DNA of 56,210 nucleotides from Deltaproteobacteria bacterium (GTDB lineage Bacteria > Desulfobacterota > WTBG01 > CAIYCZ01 > CAIRTM01). A program made the translations under genes and the position numbers. The DNA lies in assembly GCA_016875025.1 (NCBI GenBank), contig VGSH01000003.1, forward strand, positions 1 through 56,210, written 5' to 3'. The notes under the pieces are model-generated. The model saw only the letters and a list, made by a program, of their open reading frames with translations, was not told the DNA's origin and did no database searches. Positions 1-10,038 of the stretch are shown here, piece by piece (positions within the stretch are counted from its first letter, which is position 1; each line of letters starts with the position of its first letter).

Positions 1-1
1 T

Positions 2-211
2 GCCGACCGCAGGGTGTTCCCGGCCATCGACATCAACCGGTCCGGCACCCGCAAGGAGGAGCTGCTGATGCGCGACGACGTGCTCAAGCGCATCTGGCTG
101 CTGCGCAAAGTGCTGCAGCCGCTCAACACGGTCGATGCCATGGAATTTTTGCTGGAAAAAATGAACGATACCAAGGATAATGAAGATTTTCTAAGCTCAA
201 TGAACAGGTAA
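2..211 (+). CDS. rho: Transcription termination factor Rho, C-terminal fragment (5' end outside window)
   Basis: [17 protein letters not shown] is the conserved Rho C-terminal motif; rho-rpmE-prfA-prmC synteny. Confidence 0.95.
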   Translation, partial: ADRRVFPAIDINRSGTRKEELLMRDDVLKRIWLLRKVLQPLNTVDAMEFLLEKMNDTKDNEDFLSSMNR

Positions 212-231
212 TTTTTTAAGGAGTACGCGCA

Positions 232-438
232 ATGAAAGAGGGCATTCACCCGAAATACGCAACTGCAACGGTACGCTGCGCCTGCGGCAACACGTTTGAA
301 ACCCGTTCGACCCGCCCGGAAATAAAGGTAGAGATATGCTCCGGCTGCCATGGTTTTTTCACCGGCAAGCAGAAGCTGGTCGACTCGGCCGGCCGCGTTG
401 AAAAGTTCCAGAGAAAATACGCCGCTGCTAAAAAGTAA
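232..438 (+). CDS. rpmE: 50S ribosomal protein L31 (Zn-binding type)
   Basis: MKEGIHPKY...CACG...CSGCH..FTGKQK...GRVEKF; AAGGAG RBS at 218-223. Confidence 0.97.
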   Translation: MKEGIHPKYATATVRCACGNTFETRSTRPEIKVEICSGCHGFFTGKQKLVDSAGRVEKFQRKYAAAKK

Positions 439-755
439 TTTTTTTCAGCCCGTCCGCACTCCCGTTCCGCGCCCGGCCTGCATGGCCGGAGGGGCATGCA
501 CTCCCGTGGGCCGGCGCGCCCGGCCTCATCCGGCAAAAAGGTCTGATTGGATAATCGGCCCGTGTGCCGCAAAAGATCAAACGCGTCAGGCATGTTCCAT
601 CGGTTTTTACATTCAGCAGTGCGCCCGGGCCGTTTCATTGCTTGCATGTATACACCATGCCGTCGCAACGGCAGTGCATGGTCTGCCCGATGAGACCGGG
701 CACACCGGCCCACGGGCCTTCTTATACATTGTTGGGGATACCAGTGGCCTGATCT

Positions 756-1823
756 ATGTTTGAGAAGCTGGAAGAAGTAGTTAAACGCTACCGGGAGCTT
801 GATCTGCGGCTGAGCGATCCGCTTGTTTTCAACGACCGGCAGGCCTATCAGGGCCTGACCTCGGAGCGCGCGAAACTGGAGCCGATCGTGGAGGGCTACC
901 AGCGCTACTGCAAGGTCCGGCAGAATCTGCAGGACAATCTCAGCCTGCTGCATGACAGCGACTCTGATATCCGCGACATGGCCCAGGCTGAAATCGGCCA
1001 GCTGGAAGCGGCGCTCGAGCGTCTTGAGCAGGAGCTGCACGTGATGCTTCTTCCCCGGGACCCCCGCGATGAAAAAAACGTGATCCTTGAGATCCGGGGC
1101 GGCACCGGAGGAGAGGAAGCCGCCCTGTTTGCCTATGATCTGTTCCGCATGTACTGCAAATATGCCGAGAGCCGCAACTGGAAGGTTGAAATCCTGAGTC
1201 AGAATCAGACCGGGCTCAAGGGCCTCAAGGAGGTCATCGCGCTCATCAGCGGGCGGGGCGCCTACAGCCAGCTCAGGTATGAAAGCGGGGTGCACCGGGT
1301 GCAGCGCGTGCCTGAAACCGAAACCCAGGGCCGCGTGCACACCTCGGCTGTCACGGTTGCGGTGCTGCCCGAGGCCGATGACGTTGATATTGACATCAAT
1401 CCGGCGGACCTCAAGTTCGATGTTTACCGCTCGTCCGGCCCCGGCGGCCAGAGCGTCAACACTACGGATTCGGCCGTGCGCGTAACCCACATCCCCACCG
1501 GCATGGTGGTCAGCAATCAGGATGAAAAATCGCAGCACAAGAACAAGGCCAAGGCGCTTAAAATTTTGAAGTCACGCCTGCTGGACATTGCCGTTCAGAA
1601 CCAGCAGGATGAGATATCGCGCCAGCGCAAAAGTATGGTCGGCAGCGGCGACCGCAGCGAGCGCATCCGCACCTATAATTTCCCGCAGGGGCGCGTCAGC
1701 GACCATCGCATCAATTTGACGCTGTACAGGATCGACAGCATCATGCTGGGCGATCTGCAGGAAATCATCGATCAGCTTACTACCCATTATCAGGCCGAGG
1801 CGCTGCATTCCGCGGGTATGTAG
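756..1823 (+). CDS. prfA: Peptide chain release factor 1
   Basis: GGQ motif (SSGPGGQSVN), PET anticodon-mimic motif (VPETETQGR), RSERIRTYNFPQ. Confidence 0.98.
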   Translation: MFEKLEEVVKRYRELDLRLSDPLVFNDRQAYQGLTSERAKLEPIVEGYQRYCKVRQNLQDNLSLLHDSDSDIRDMAQAEIGQLEAALERLEQELHVMLLPRDPRDEKNVILEIRGGTGGEEAALFAYDLFRMYCKYAESRNWKVEILSQNQTGLKGLKEVIALISGRGAYSQLRYESGVHRVQRVPETETQGRVHTSAVTVAVLPEADDVDIDINPADLKFDVYRSSGPGGQSVNTTDSAVRVTHIPTGMVVSNQDEKSQHKNKAKALKILKSRLLDIAVQNQQDEISRQRKSMVGSGDRSERIRTYNFPQGRVSDHRINLTLYRIDSIMLGDLQEIIDQLTTHYQAEALHSAGM

Positions 1824-1865
1824 GCCGCAGGAACTCTCGCCCGGACTTTTGCTCCGGTTATCCCA

Positions 1866-2726
1866 TTGACACTGCTTGAACTGCTTACCGACGCCCAGCA
1901 ATGCCTGCGCGACAAGGGTATCGAATCAGCGCGCCTTGACGCCGAGCTGCTGCTGGGTCACAGCCTCGGTCTTGACCGGGTTGCGCTGTATTGCGCCCCT
2001 GAGCGTCCGGTTTCCGGGGATGAAGAGCAGGCTTTTTTTGAACTGATCCGGCGCAGAGCCGCGGGCGAGCCGGTTGCCTACCTCACAGGCCGGCGTGATT
2101 TCTGGACGCTTACACTCGCAGTCGGGCCGGGCATTTTGATTCCCCGCCCTGAAACCGAAGTGCTGGTCGAGCACGCACTCGCGTTTTTAGTATCGCTGGA
2201 TATTGCGCGGCCGCGTGTGCTTGATATCGGTACGGGCAGCGGCGCGATCGCACTGGCCCTGGCAGCTGAAATGCCGCAGCTGGATATTGTCGCGCTGGAT
2301 GCAAGCGCGCAGGCAGTGGCCTGCGCGCGCGGGAATGCGGAAAACCTGGGGCTGGCGGACCGTGTGAGGGTAGAGCAGGGCCGTTTTCCGGAAGTCTGCA
2401 TTCGCGATGCCGGTTGTTTTGACCTGATTGTTTCAAATCCTCCCTATATTTCGGCTGCTGATATAGAAACCCTTGCATCTGATATACGCGATTTTGAGCC
2501 GCGCGAAGCCCTTGACGGCGGGCCGGACGGTCTTGACGTGTACCGCTGCTGGATTCCCCAGTGCGCTCCTTTGCTGGCCGCAAACGGCTGCCTCATGTTT
2601 GAGATCGGCCATGATCAGGCCGCTGCCGTCACCGGGCTGCTTGCGGCTGCCGGATGCTATCGCGGCATTGAGGTTGTGCGCGACTACGCCGGATGCGACC
2701 GGGTTGTCCTGTGCCGCAGGGTATAG
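1866..2726 (+). CDS. prmC: Release factor glutamine methyltransferase
   Basis: LIPRPETE, DIGTGSG, SNPPY motifs; directly after prfA; TTG start. Confidence 0.96.
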   Translation: MTLLELLTDAQQCLRDKGIESARLDAELLLGHSLGLDRVALYCAPERPVSGDEEQAFFELIRRRAAGEPVAYLTGRRDFWTLTLAVGPGILIPRPETEVLVEHALAFLVSLDIARPRVLDIGTGSGAIALALAAEMPQLDIVALDASAQAVACARGNAENLGLADRVRVEQGRFPEVCIRDAGCFDLIVSNPPYISAADIETLASDIRDFEPREALDGGPDGLDVYRCWIPQCAPLLAANGCLMFEIGHDQAAAVTGLLAAAGCYRGIEVVRDYAGCDRVVLCRRV

Positions 2727-2816
2727 GTAATTCAGATTTCAATCACAATCGGTACCGATAGTACTGGCACGGGAAAACAGAAGGGTACAACGTATCGATT
2801 TCGATCCCGATAAAAG

Positions 2817-2844
2817 AACAGCCCCTGCATGCACAGGGGCTGTT
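2817..2844. terminator. Hairpin between convergent prmC and pilY1, likely intrinsic terminator
   Basis: Perfect 11-bp inverted repeat AACAGCCCCTG-n6-CAGGGGCTGTT; short T-rich tail on the minus strand. Confidence 0.65.
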
Positions 2845-2875
2845 TGCTGAACGCATATGCTTGTATGTGCGCGGA

Positions 2876-5800
2876 TTAATAATAGCCGTCATCCAGCCAG
2901 TATTCCGGCCCGGACTTAATGTTGAAGGCCGGGTTAACGTCGACTTCGAGGATTTCGCCCGTGCTCTTCTGGACATACACCTTGCCGCCGGTCTGGCGCC
3001 CGCTGTGAATGCTCAGGCTGGATGCAATGCCGTCGCCAAGGCTTATCACATCCATGATCGCTCCTTCGCCCGAGTCTTCCTTGAATACCTTGCGGAAAAA
3101 CGCGGTGCCGGTTTCATAATAGACCGCAAACAGCCGGCTCGATCCACCGGCACGGCACGGGTCGATATCAGGCATAAAGGTCGGCATCAGCATAATGCCG
3201 CCAAGCACGGCGCCCTTGTTGACCACGCGCTCGGAAGGAACGCCGATTTCATACTGAAGTGTCCGGTACCAGCCCTGGTATACGTTGCGGCGCGCTTCCA
3301 GCACCATATCATCAAAAGTGATCTCCCCGTCCGGGCCTTCAACAACTGAGCGGCTGAACACCTCGTAGGCACCCGCGTCAAACAGATCGTTCATCGGATC
3401 AGCGACCGTACCCAGCCTGTTGATCTCGCATTCAACCGCCGGGTATGAGTAGTTGCAGGCAGTCAGATCAGGGTTGAAGAAGGGGTCCTTGACGCCCATG
3501 ATGTAGTTCTGGGTGGTGTTGGTTTTGTCAGAGAGCGTTATGAAGCGGCCGGTTCCCAGGTACAGCCAGGCATTGTCCTTGCGGTCAACGCTGAGTGTTC
3601 CGGATGCTGTGATCGGGCGCGGGGATTTGACCATTTTTGTGATCGTCCAGGCTGGGTCAGCCGGATTATCGACATATTCAGGGTATCCGCCGTCGGGATC
3701 GAAGGCCTTGAATTCCGTATTGTTTTTCTGCGGAATAGTCAGGCGGAACACCTGGCTGCTTCCGGTATTGTAGTTGGCTGCGACATACACGGCGTCCACG
3801 TTGTAGTTCATGCTCTTGTCAAAGGCGACCGGCTCATTGGCAAAGGCGTTGCCGCCCGGCAGAGTGAATATTTTTTTCAGACCGCCTCTGGCGGTATCGC
3901 CGCCTGTTTTCAGGTCAACCACAATCAGGCTGGCAGGGTGAGAGCTGTTGGCGTCCATGCTGTTCGGACCCGAGCCTATGGCCAGCATCCAGTTGTCGCC
4001 GACTTTCACCAGGTTGGGGTAGTTGGCGGACATGCCCATATTGGGAAAGCTGCGCTCCCACAGAAAAACCGGGTCGCGCGGTTCGGTAATATCTATGGCA
4101 AAAAACGACGGCTGAATGGTGATACGTTTTGCGGGATCCGGATGGTTGGGGTTGCAGGGTATCTGCATGCCGCCGGCAAAGCCGAGTCCGCATACCAGCA
4201 CCGTGCCCCAGCCATTGGGATTACGCGCTGAAGGCGTAAAGATTTTCGCGTCGAACACGCGCGGCCGCAAATCAATGTAGTTTACATGCGTGTAGTCCGG
4301 ATCGGCCAGCCATTTCAGGTGCGGCAGCAGACTTTGGGGGATAAAGGCCCACAGCTCCGAGCCGATCTCGACATTGCCCGCGGTGGTATCAGTGTGCGAT
4401 GTAAAGTAGCCCGGCACGTCATAGGGATTTACGAACCGGTCATTGTTGTAGACCCAGCCGGTAAAGCAGTGCAGCATGCCGGCATTGGAGCCGACATACA
4501 CCGCGGTTTCGCGGCTGCGGTTTTTCATGTAATACGTATAGTATGAAGCATCATTGTACAGCAGGTCATAGTCGGCCAGAGGCTGGGCCACTGAAGTCGG
4601 CGTGGAGTGAATGATGTCGCCCAGCTTCCACAGCCGTCCGTCATCCATGGTGCGCCGGCGCAGATTGACCCCTCCGACATATGTGGGGAAACCCTGTATC
4701 CAGCGCATCAGGTTTACGGTCCGTTGTATCTCGTCGGCGCCAAGGTAACCCCATGGTTTATTATCTAGATCGTTGGGAGCATTAACACCCAGGTAGTCTA
4801 TGATGTCCATCTGGTTCCAGAAGTTATTGGAGAGCTCTATAAAATTTACATGCGGATCGGCCTCAGTGCCGGGGCCGCTGTAGGTGTAGATTTTTCGGAA
4901 GATCGGGTCAAGATCAGCCAGCTTGTCGCCGGCTGACCAGATCGAGCGCATGGCGTCCAGCGGTTCAGCAGCTCCCTGTTCGCCGTCGTTTGAGTATGTC
5001 CAGAAAACCACGCCCTTGTCAACGCAGTCCCCCTCGTCATCGCACTCCTGGTCTTTGCCGAATACAATGCGCTTGTCTTCGTTTGTATTGAGTTTATAGT
5101 CTCCGACGCTGTCTTCGCGGATATGGCCCTCGTTGTCAACCCAGAGCGAGTGCAGCTGGCCCAGCCAGGTGACATCGCCGGAGTTGGTTACTTTTGAAGG
5201 CTCGAAAATCGCCTGCACCAGCGTGCCCTCGCCTTCGCCCTTGGTCGCCAGAACGGACACGGCCGTGCCTGATCCGGCCGACTTCACCATCGCCAGGATG
5301 GCATCCAGCAGGGCTTTCTCAAGCTCGGCGCCGTCCTTGGCCTCATAGTAATTGTCGGCTAGGTTGTCGTTGTTTTTGTCCCATTCACCCCTCAGGTTGG
5401 GTGTTTTGCTGTCGTCGCTGTCTTTAAAGCCGCCGTATTTGGCCGTATCTTTCAGCAGATCGCGCGCTTTTTCGTCTGCTCCGAAGGCGTAGACAACGTA
5501 TACGCGAACATTCTGATAGCCCGGCAGGATGTTTTTACCGATGGTTTTTCCGCGCAGGTCCTGCGAGTTCATATAGAAGCCGACATCGCGGGCATAGCTG
5601 CTGCCGTTTGAGGGAAGGGCCTCCATCGGCGGCAGTCCGGCATAGTTTTTAAGATAGGTCGGTATCTGCTGGTCATTGGTTGACATACCGTCGGTCACGA
5701 GCAGGCAGAAGCCCTGCGCGCAAGCCTCCTGCACGGTTCCGTCTGTGCTGAAATAGGGGTCGCGAATGTTGGTGAACGGACTACCCGAGGCAGTGGAAGT

Positions 5801-7348
5801 AAACCCGGTGATTTCAGGGTTTTGCTGCTTGAAATACTGCGTGACTACATAGAGCAGTTCGGACAGCGGGGTCGAGGTTTCGAATGCCTTGCTCCTGATC
5901 GTGGGGATTATGGTGCTGATGGGCGTTTTCATCGGTTTGTCGATGCTGGCATTGCCGTCGCCGGACGACAAGAACCACGCAGTGCCCCAGGCGGCCCGGT
6001 CGCCGACTTTTTGCATGACCCCGCCCGGAAGATTGTCAGGCCCGAAGTCCGACGCCGAATCGCGTGCCGGGTCTGCCGGGTAGAGGTTGGGGCTTATTTT
6101 TTCAACCACGATATTGAACTGGCCGAGCGTGGCCGCCGCCCAGTCGCTGCTTGCGCGCACATCGATCCTGCCGCTGTCCATGAAATACCAGGCATCAGCC
6201 CAGGGCGAGACCCCCGTGCCGGTGTGGCGCCTGCGGAAGCGGGCGTTTCCTCCCGCGGTCGCGCTTATGCCTTTCAGGCCCAGGTTGGTGGTTCCGGCAA
6301 TGGCTGTGGTCTCGCCGCCGACAACGACTTTTTTCACGATATCGCCGCGCCGCATGCACAGAAAGTTCAGGAAGTTGCCGTCCCAGACGCCGGCCGGGTC
6401 GGGCTTGAAGCGGTTGCCCGTATAGGTATAGCGGCCGTCCGGATTGAAATAGCCGTAATAGCGGTTGATTTCGCAGGGCTCATATACAATGACCAGGCGC
6501 GGTGCCAGGCTGGCGTTGCTGTCGAAGGCATTTGCCACGCGGCCGCCGGCACCGCTTACCCAGTCGATTTTAAACAGCATGGCCTGGCCGGAATTCCAGC
6601 CGGGCCGGCTGACCAGTTCCTGCACGATGGTCTTGAGTTCCGGACTTTGATATACCGTGCCGGTCGTCCATGCCCCGGTGAGATTCCATGTGACCGATGC
6701 GGCCGTATCAGGCCGGCTGGAGATATCGTTGACCGCCGTGGTCAATGTTGACGGATTGTCGGCCGCCTGGGCGGTTATTTTCAGGTTCAGCGCCGCGCTT
6801 TTGAACGCGTTGTTCGGGCCGTTGTTGGTGCGCGCGGTAAACTCGATATAGGCGCTTTCTATCTTGGCCGGGACGCCGGCAACCTCGCGCGGTATCGGGA
6901 TATTGGTGAAGCGCAGGGCTGAGAGCATCGTCTGACGGGTACAGGCGCTGTTGGGGTTGGGATAGGAATCATCGTCCGTTCCCAGATCGAAGTCGAGCAT
7001 GGTCAGCGTATTATAGGTATTGCACAGTATGATCTGGCCGTTGCTTTTGCGCTGCATGCCGTCGTCGGAGGTGCTGTTCACCCGGCCGGAAAACGTAGAG
7101 CAGATGCGGCCGTCATACACCTTGGCCAGCGTTGCCGCGTTGGGCCAGTCCTCGACTTCGTTGCCGTAGGCCGGAAAGTTCATGCTGCCGGAATTATCCA
7201 GCGCAAGCATGATGCGCGGCATGACCTTTTCGGTTTTGAAGATCGGATAATGCGTGTATTCGGCCATGTCGGGCTCGCTTGCGGCGTGCAGCGGCAGGGC
7301 CGCACACAGGACCAGGAGCGCACAGGCGCAGTGCAGAAAGTGCTTCAT
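2876..7348 (-). CDS. pilY1: PilY1-like type IV pilus tip adhesin (signal peptide, vWA, C-terminal beta-propeller)
   Basis: 1490 aa; MIDAS DNSGS and TDG; LGDIIHSTP, GSNAGMLHCF, ELWAFIP, YLGTGR propeller motifs; last gene of a minor-pilin operon. Confidence 0.9.
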   Translation of the reverse strand: MKHFLHCACALLVLCAALPLHAASEPDMAEYTHYPIFKTEKVMPRIMLALDNSGSMNFPAYGNEVEDWPNAATLAKVYDGRICSTFSGRVNSTSDDGMQRKSNGQIILCNTYNTLTMLDFDLGTDDDSYPNPNSACTRQTMLSALRFTNIPIPREVAGVPAKIESAYIEFTARTNNGPNNAFKSAALNLKITAQAADNPSTLTTAVNDISSRPDTAASVTWNLTGAWTTGTVYQSPELKTIVQELVSRPGWNSGQAMLFKIDWVSGAGGRVANAFDSNASLAPRLVIVYEPCEINRYYGYFNPDGRYTYTGNRFKPDPAGVWDGNFLNFLCMRRGDIVKKVVVGGETTAIAGTTNLGLKGISATAGGNARFRRRHTGTGVSPWADAWYFMDSGRIDVRASSDWAAATLGQFNIVVEKISPNLYPADPARDSASDFGPDNLPGGVMQKVGDRAAWGTAWFLSSGDGNASIDKPMKTPISTIIPTIRSKAFETSTPLSELLYVVTQYFKQQNPEITGFTSTASGSPFTNIRDPYFSTDGTVQEACAQGFCLLVTDGMSTNDQQIPTYLKNYAGLPPMEALPSNGSSYARDVGFYMNSQDLRGKTIGKNILPGYQNVRVYVVYAFGADEKARDLLKDTAKYGGFKDSDDSKTPNLRGEWDKNNDNLADNYYEAKDGAELEKALLDAILAMVKSAGSGTAVSVLATKGEGEGTLVQAIFEPSKVTNSGDVTWLGQLHSLWVDNEGHIREDSVGDYKLNTNEDKRIVFGKDQECDDEGDCVDKGVVFWTYSNDGEQGAAEPLDAMRSIWSAGDKLADLDPIFRKIYTYSGPGTEADPHVNFIELSNNFWNQMDIIDYLGVNAPNDLDNKPWGYLGADEIQRTVNLMRWIQGFPTYVGGVNLRRRTMDDGRLWKLGDIIHSTPTSVAQPLADYDLLYNDASYYTYYMKNRSRETAVYVGSNAGMLHCFTGWVYNNDRFVNPYDVPGYFTSHTDTTAGNVEIGSELWAFIPQSLLPHLKWLADPDYTHVNYIDLRPRVFDAKIFTPSARNPNGWGTVLVCGLGFAGGMQIPCNPNHPDPAKRITIQPSFFAIDITEPRDPVFLWERSFPNMGMSANYPNLVKVGDNWMLAIGSGPNSMDANSSHPASLIVVDLKTGGDTARGGLKKIFTLPGGNAFANEPVAFDKSMNYNVDAVYVAANYNTGSSQVFRLTIPQKNNTEFKAFDPDGGYPEYVDNPADPAWTITKMVKSPRPITASGTLSVDRKDNAWLYLGTGRFITLSDKTNTTQNYIMGVKDPFFNPDLTACNYSYPAVECEINRLGTVADPMNDLFDAGAYEVFSRSVVEGPDGEITFDDMVLEARRNVYQGWYRTLQYEIGVPSERVVNKGAVLGGIMLMPTFMPDIDPCRAGGSSRLFAVYYETGTAFFRKVFKEDSGEGAIMDVISLGDGIASSLSIHSGRQTGGKVYVQKSTGEILEVDVNPAFNIKSGPEYWLDDGYY

Positions 7349-7391
7349 GACGGCAGTCCTCTCGTGTACAAGGTGAATACCCTCGGCGCGC

Positions 7392-7775
7392 TCATTGCGG
7401 CGGCAGCGGTTCTATTTCCGGCAGGCTCCAGACTGTTTCGGTTTCCCGGCCCTCAATATAGCTCTCAATGTTTATGCTGATTGCCTCTGAGGCCCCGTCT
7501 GATGCCCGCTTTCTGTACAGTATCCGGGCCTCGCAGGGAACCTTGAGCTCAGCCAGAGAGATCGGCTCGCCGGCTTCATTGTAGATGCGTGTCAGGCCCG
7601 AGACCAGCATGTAGCGATCCCTGAAAGCGCTAAATCCGTTGGCTTCAAACCGCAGCGCATTAGGCCCTTTTTCCCCGATAATGGCGATGCCTTCTTCACG
7701 AAACTCGGCCTGCGCGGCTGGGGGCAGCCATGCAATGATAAATGCGATAATCAGCAGGGAATACATTTTTTTCAT
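7392..7775 (-). CDS. Hypothetical exported protein in pilus operon
   Basis: Signal peptide MKKMYSLLIIAFIIAWLPPAAQA; GGAGG RBS; co-oriented between pilX and pilY1. Confidence 0.75.
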   Translation of the reverse strand: MKKMYSLLIIAFIIAWLPPAAQAEFREEGIAIIGEKGPNALRFEANGFSAFRDRYMLVSGLTRIYNEAGEPISLAELKVPCEARILYRKRASDGASEAISINIESYIEGRETETVWSLPEIEPLPPQ

Positions 7776-7821
7776 GGTGTTCCTCCCGCAATGTACGCGG
7801 CCCGGGCCGCAATCATTCAGG

Positions 7822-8565
7822 CTATTTCACCACCCGCATGCCGAGTGCCTGGCGTGAGGGGCTGCGGTTAAAATCGCCGTTTGACAGACGCGCGCGCGCG
7901 TCAATATTATAGTTTAAAACAGCCATGTTCGATCCCGGGCCAAGATCCTTGGATGCGAATTCGGCGCCGCCGCCCGCTATGGTGCGGCTGTGGATCTTGT
8001 CAATATCGATATCGGCAAGCACGATCTGCTGGCCGTTCTGCATGCCTACGAGCCGCACATCGGTCCACAGGTCAAAGTCGGTGAAGCCCGGCTTGCTGAT
8101 GTCTGTGTCAAGCTCTTTACATGCGCTTGCGCTCAGCTCGGGCGGGCAGGGCAGCTCGTCGACTGCCTGCTGGTCGACCTGCCAGATACGGATCATGCGC
8201 CCGCCGGCAATGGTTGCACTCACGCTGTCAAAGTCTTCCAGCAGCAGGTCGGGGTCAAGCAGGCGGAATGCAAAGGCATAGTCGTCAATGGCACCAAAAT
8301 CGACCCGGTTGCCGTCAGGATCGATGGTTTCAAAGCCTTCGAGTCCGCGGTCCCACATCGCCGCAAGCAGCAGTTCGCCCGCAATCGTGTGCGAGGCCTG
8401 AGCGCGGTAGAAGGTTTCGACATACTGGCGCTCGCCCGTGGCGATTTCAATGTCGGTCGTGCTTGTCATCATCGAGGCAATACCGATCATGGACAGCAGG
8501 GCCAGCATGAACATGGCCAGCACCAAAATCATGCCGTTCTGGTTGGTGTACAGGCGTACTGGCAT
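7822..8565 (-). CDS. pilX: PilX-like minor pilin
   Basis: NQNG|MILVLAMFMLALLSMIG prepilin helix lacking Glu5, as typical of PilX; followed by TFYRA motif. Confidence 0.85.
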   Translation of the reverse strand: MPVRLYTNQNGMILVLAMFMLALLSMIGIASMMTSTTDIEIATGERQYVETFYRAQASHTIAGELLLAAMWDRGLEGFETIDPDGNRVDFGAIDDYAFAFRLLDPDLLLEDFDSVSATIAGGRMIRIWQVDQQAVDELPCPPELSASACKELDTDISKPGFTDFDLWTDVRLVGMQNGQQIVLADIDIDKIHSRTIAGGGAEFASKDLGPGSNMAVLNYNIDARARLSNGDFNRSPSRQALGMRVVK

Positions 8566-8585
8566 AGGATAGTCTCCGGTTTTTT

Positions 8586-9167
8586 TCAGTTCCAGCGCAG
8601 GGAGCGCACGTATGCGGTGCTAACGGCGCGGCGCTGGGCGGTCTCGTCGTTAACACCCCGCGGCGCAGCCTCAATCTCGACCATGACGAGATTGGGCAGG
8701 GGATAGCCCCGCGTGATCCTCTGGCGCACCGAGTGGGGTTTTTTGTCATTGTACACAATGTAACCCCAGTCGCAGGTTTCTCCGTACTCGCAGGCAGTGT
8801 CTTCGCTGAACATGGTGCTGGCGGTTACAGCAAACGAAGAGCCTTCGTCAATGCCCACGGTTTCATCCCTGACGGGCAGCCGCGAAAGGGTTTCGGCCCA
8901 GTGCGTAACAATGTTTGCCCGCATGGTCATCTGATCGCTGAAGGTTGCCTGCTCAATCGAGCGGGTCTGCATGCCTGCGATCGCAAGCAGGCCTACGCCG
9001 AACACCACGACCGCGACCAGCACTTCAACAATCGTAAAGCCGGCCTGACGGCAGTGTATACAGGGCATGCCGCAGTGCTTTGCCCGCGGCCCGGGTATGC
9101 TGCTGCAGCCTGGGCCGGGAGCGGCTGCCGAGAATGCGTTTGCATTCGTTTTTTCAGGTCTGCTCAT
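8586..9167 (-). CDS. pilV: PilV-like minor pilin
   Basis: QAG|FTIVEVLVAVVVFGVGLLAIAGMQ class III signal; start uncertain (long leader). Confidence 0.85.
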   Translation of the reverse strand: MSRPEKTNANAFSAAAPGPGCSSIPGPRAKHCGMPCIHCRQAGFTIVEVLVAVVVFGVGLLAIAGMQTRSIEQATFSDQMTMRANIVTHWAETLSRLPVRDETVGIDEGSSFAVTASTMFSEDTACEYGETCDWGYIVYNDKKPHSVRQRITRGYPLPNLVMVEIEAAPRGVNDETAQRRAVSTAYVRSLRWN

Positions 9168-9234
9168 GGGGTGCTCCCTGCGGCGCGCACCGTTGTCGGC
9201 TGATACCGCGTCAGCCGTGCAGCGTCGCGCGCGG

Positions 9235-10038
9235 TTAAAAATCCATGTACGGGTTCATGCTCATATTGCGGGCCTTTACCTCAAATATGACCAGCTTGCG
9301 GCGATACGGATCATTGAACGGTCCCCACGCGTCGGGGCGGTCGCCGATAAAAATCGGGGTTAGCTCTTCATTGGCTGAGGCCGGGATGTATACGTTTGTA
9401 TTTTCGTGGCCCCGCGAAAGATATGATTGGCGCATCAGCAGGGAAACGATCACCGAGGTTATCCGGCCGCGCTCAAACTCGGTGGGCGCTGTTGTAGCGC
9501 GCAGGTTGCCGATGATGTAGCAGAATTCGATGGCTTCAACGCCTTCGGCAAGCGGCTGCATGCCGCCGCAGTCGGCTGCGTTAGCGCACCATTCACGGCT
9601 CAGGCGGCAGTCCATATTGGTCGGGCACAGGCCGTCTTCGTAGGTGCCGGTGTTCGAGGTGAGCGCAAAACGGCTGATTTCCACGCCGGCGGGATTGCCG
9701 TCGCCGGCGATGTCCATTGAAAAGCTCAGGGCTCCGGCTTCGGCCTGATCAAATCCGGTCCGGGCAAACGTGGTAGGGTCGTAGCCGGCCATTTTAATAT
9801 CACGCGCCAGGAAAAACTGAGCGGCCCGGGCCTCCTGCACCATGTTTACCTTAGACTCGGTCTGCATGTAGGCTTCCTGCTGGAAGTTGAATGTCTGATA
9901 AATGGCGGTAATGACGATGACGAAGAGCATGAGCGCCACCATCAGCTCAACAAGAGTCAGGCCGCGCTGACTGGCGGGTCCTGGTGGTGCGTTTCGTACT
10001 GCGCCGGTACCTATCGTGTCCATCCGCTGCCCCTCCAT
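9235..10038 (-). CDS. pilW: PilW-like minor pilin
   Basis: QRG|LTLVELMVAL signal; ARDIKMAGY motif; C-terminal VKARN. Confidence 0.85.
   Translation of the reverse strand: MEGQRMDTIGTGAVRNAPPGPASQRGLTLVELMVALMLFVIVITAIYQTFNFQQEAYMQTESKVNMVQEARAAQFFLARDIKMAGYDPTTFARTGFDQAEAGALSFSMDIAGDGNPAGVEISRFALTSNTGTYEDGLCPTNMDCRLSREWCANAADCGGMQPLAEGVEAIEFCYIIGNLRATTAPTEFERGRITSVIVSLLMRQSYLSRGHENTNVYIPASANEELTPIFIGDRPDAWGPFNDPYRRKLVIFEVKARNMSMNPYMDF

Noticed and set aside
246-1538. 430-aa antisense ORF and similar long shadow ORFs (19636-20718, 31712-32905, 45038-46012, 53338-54138)
   Set aside because: Opposite well-supported genes in GC-rich DNA and without recognisable motifs
6340-6352. RGD integrin-binding motif in PilY1
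   Set aside because: A tripeptide is expected by chance in 1490 aa and appears to lie in a vWA helix
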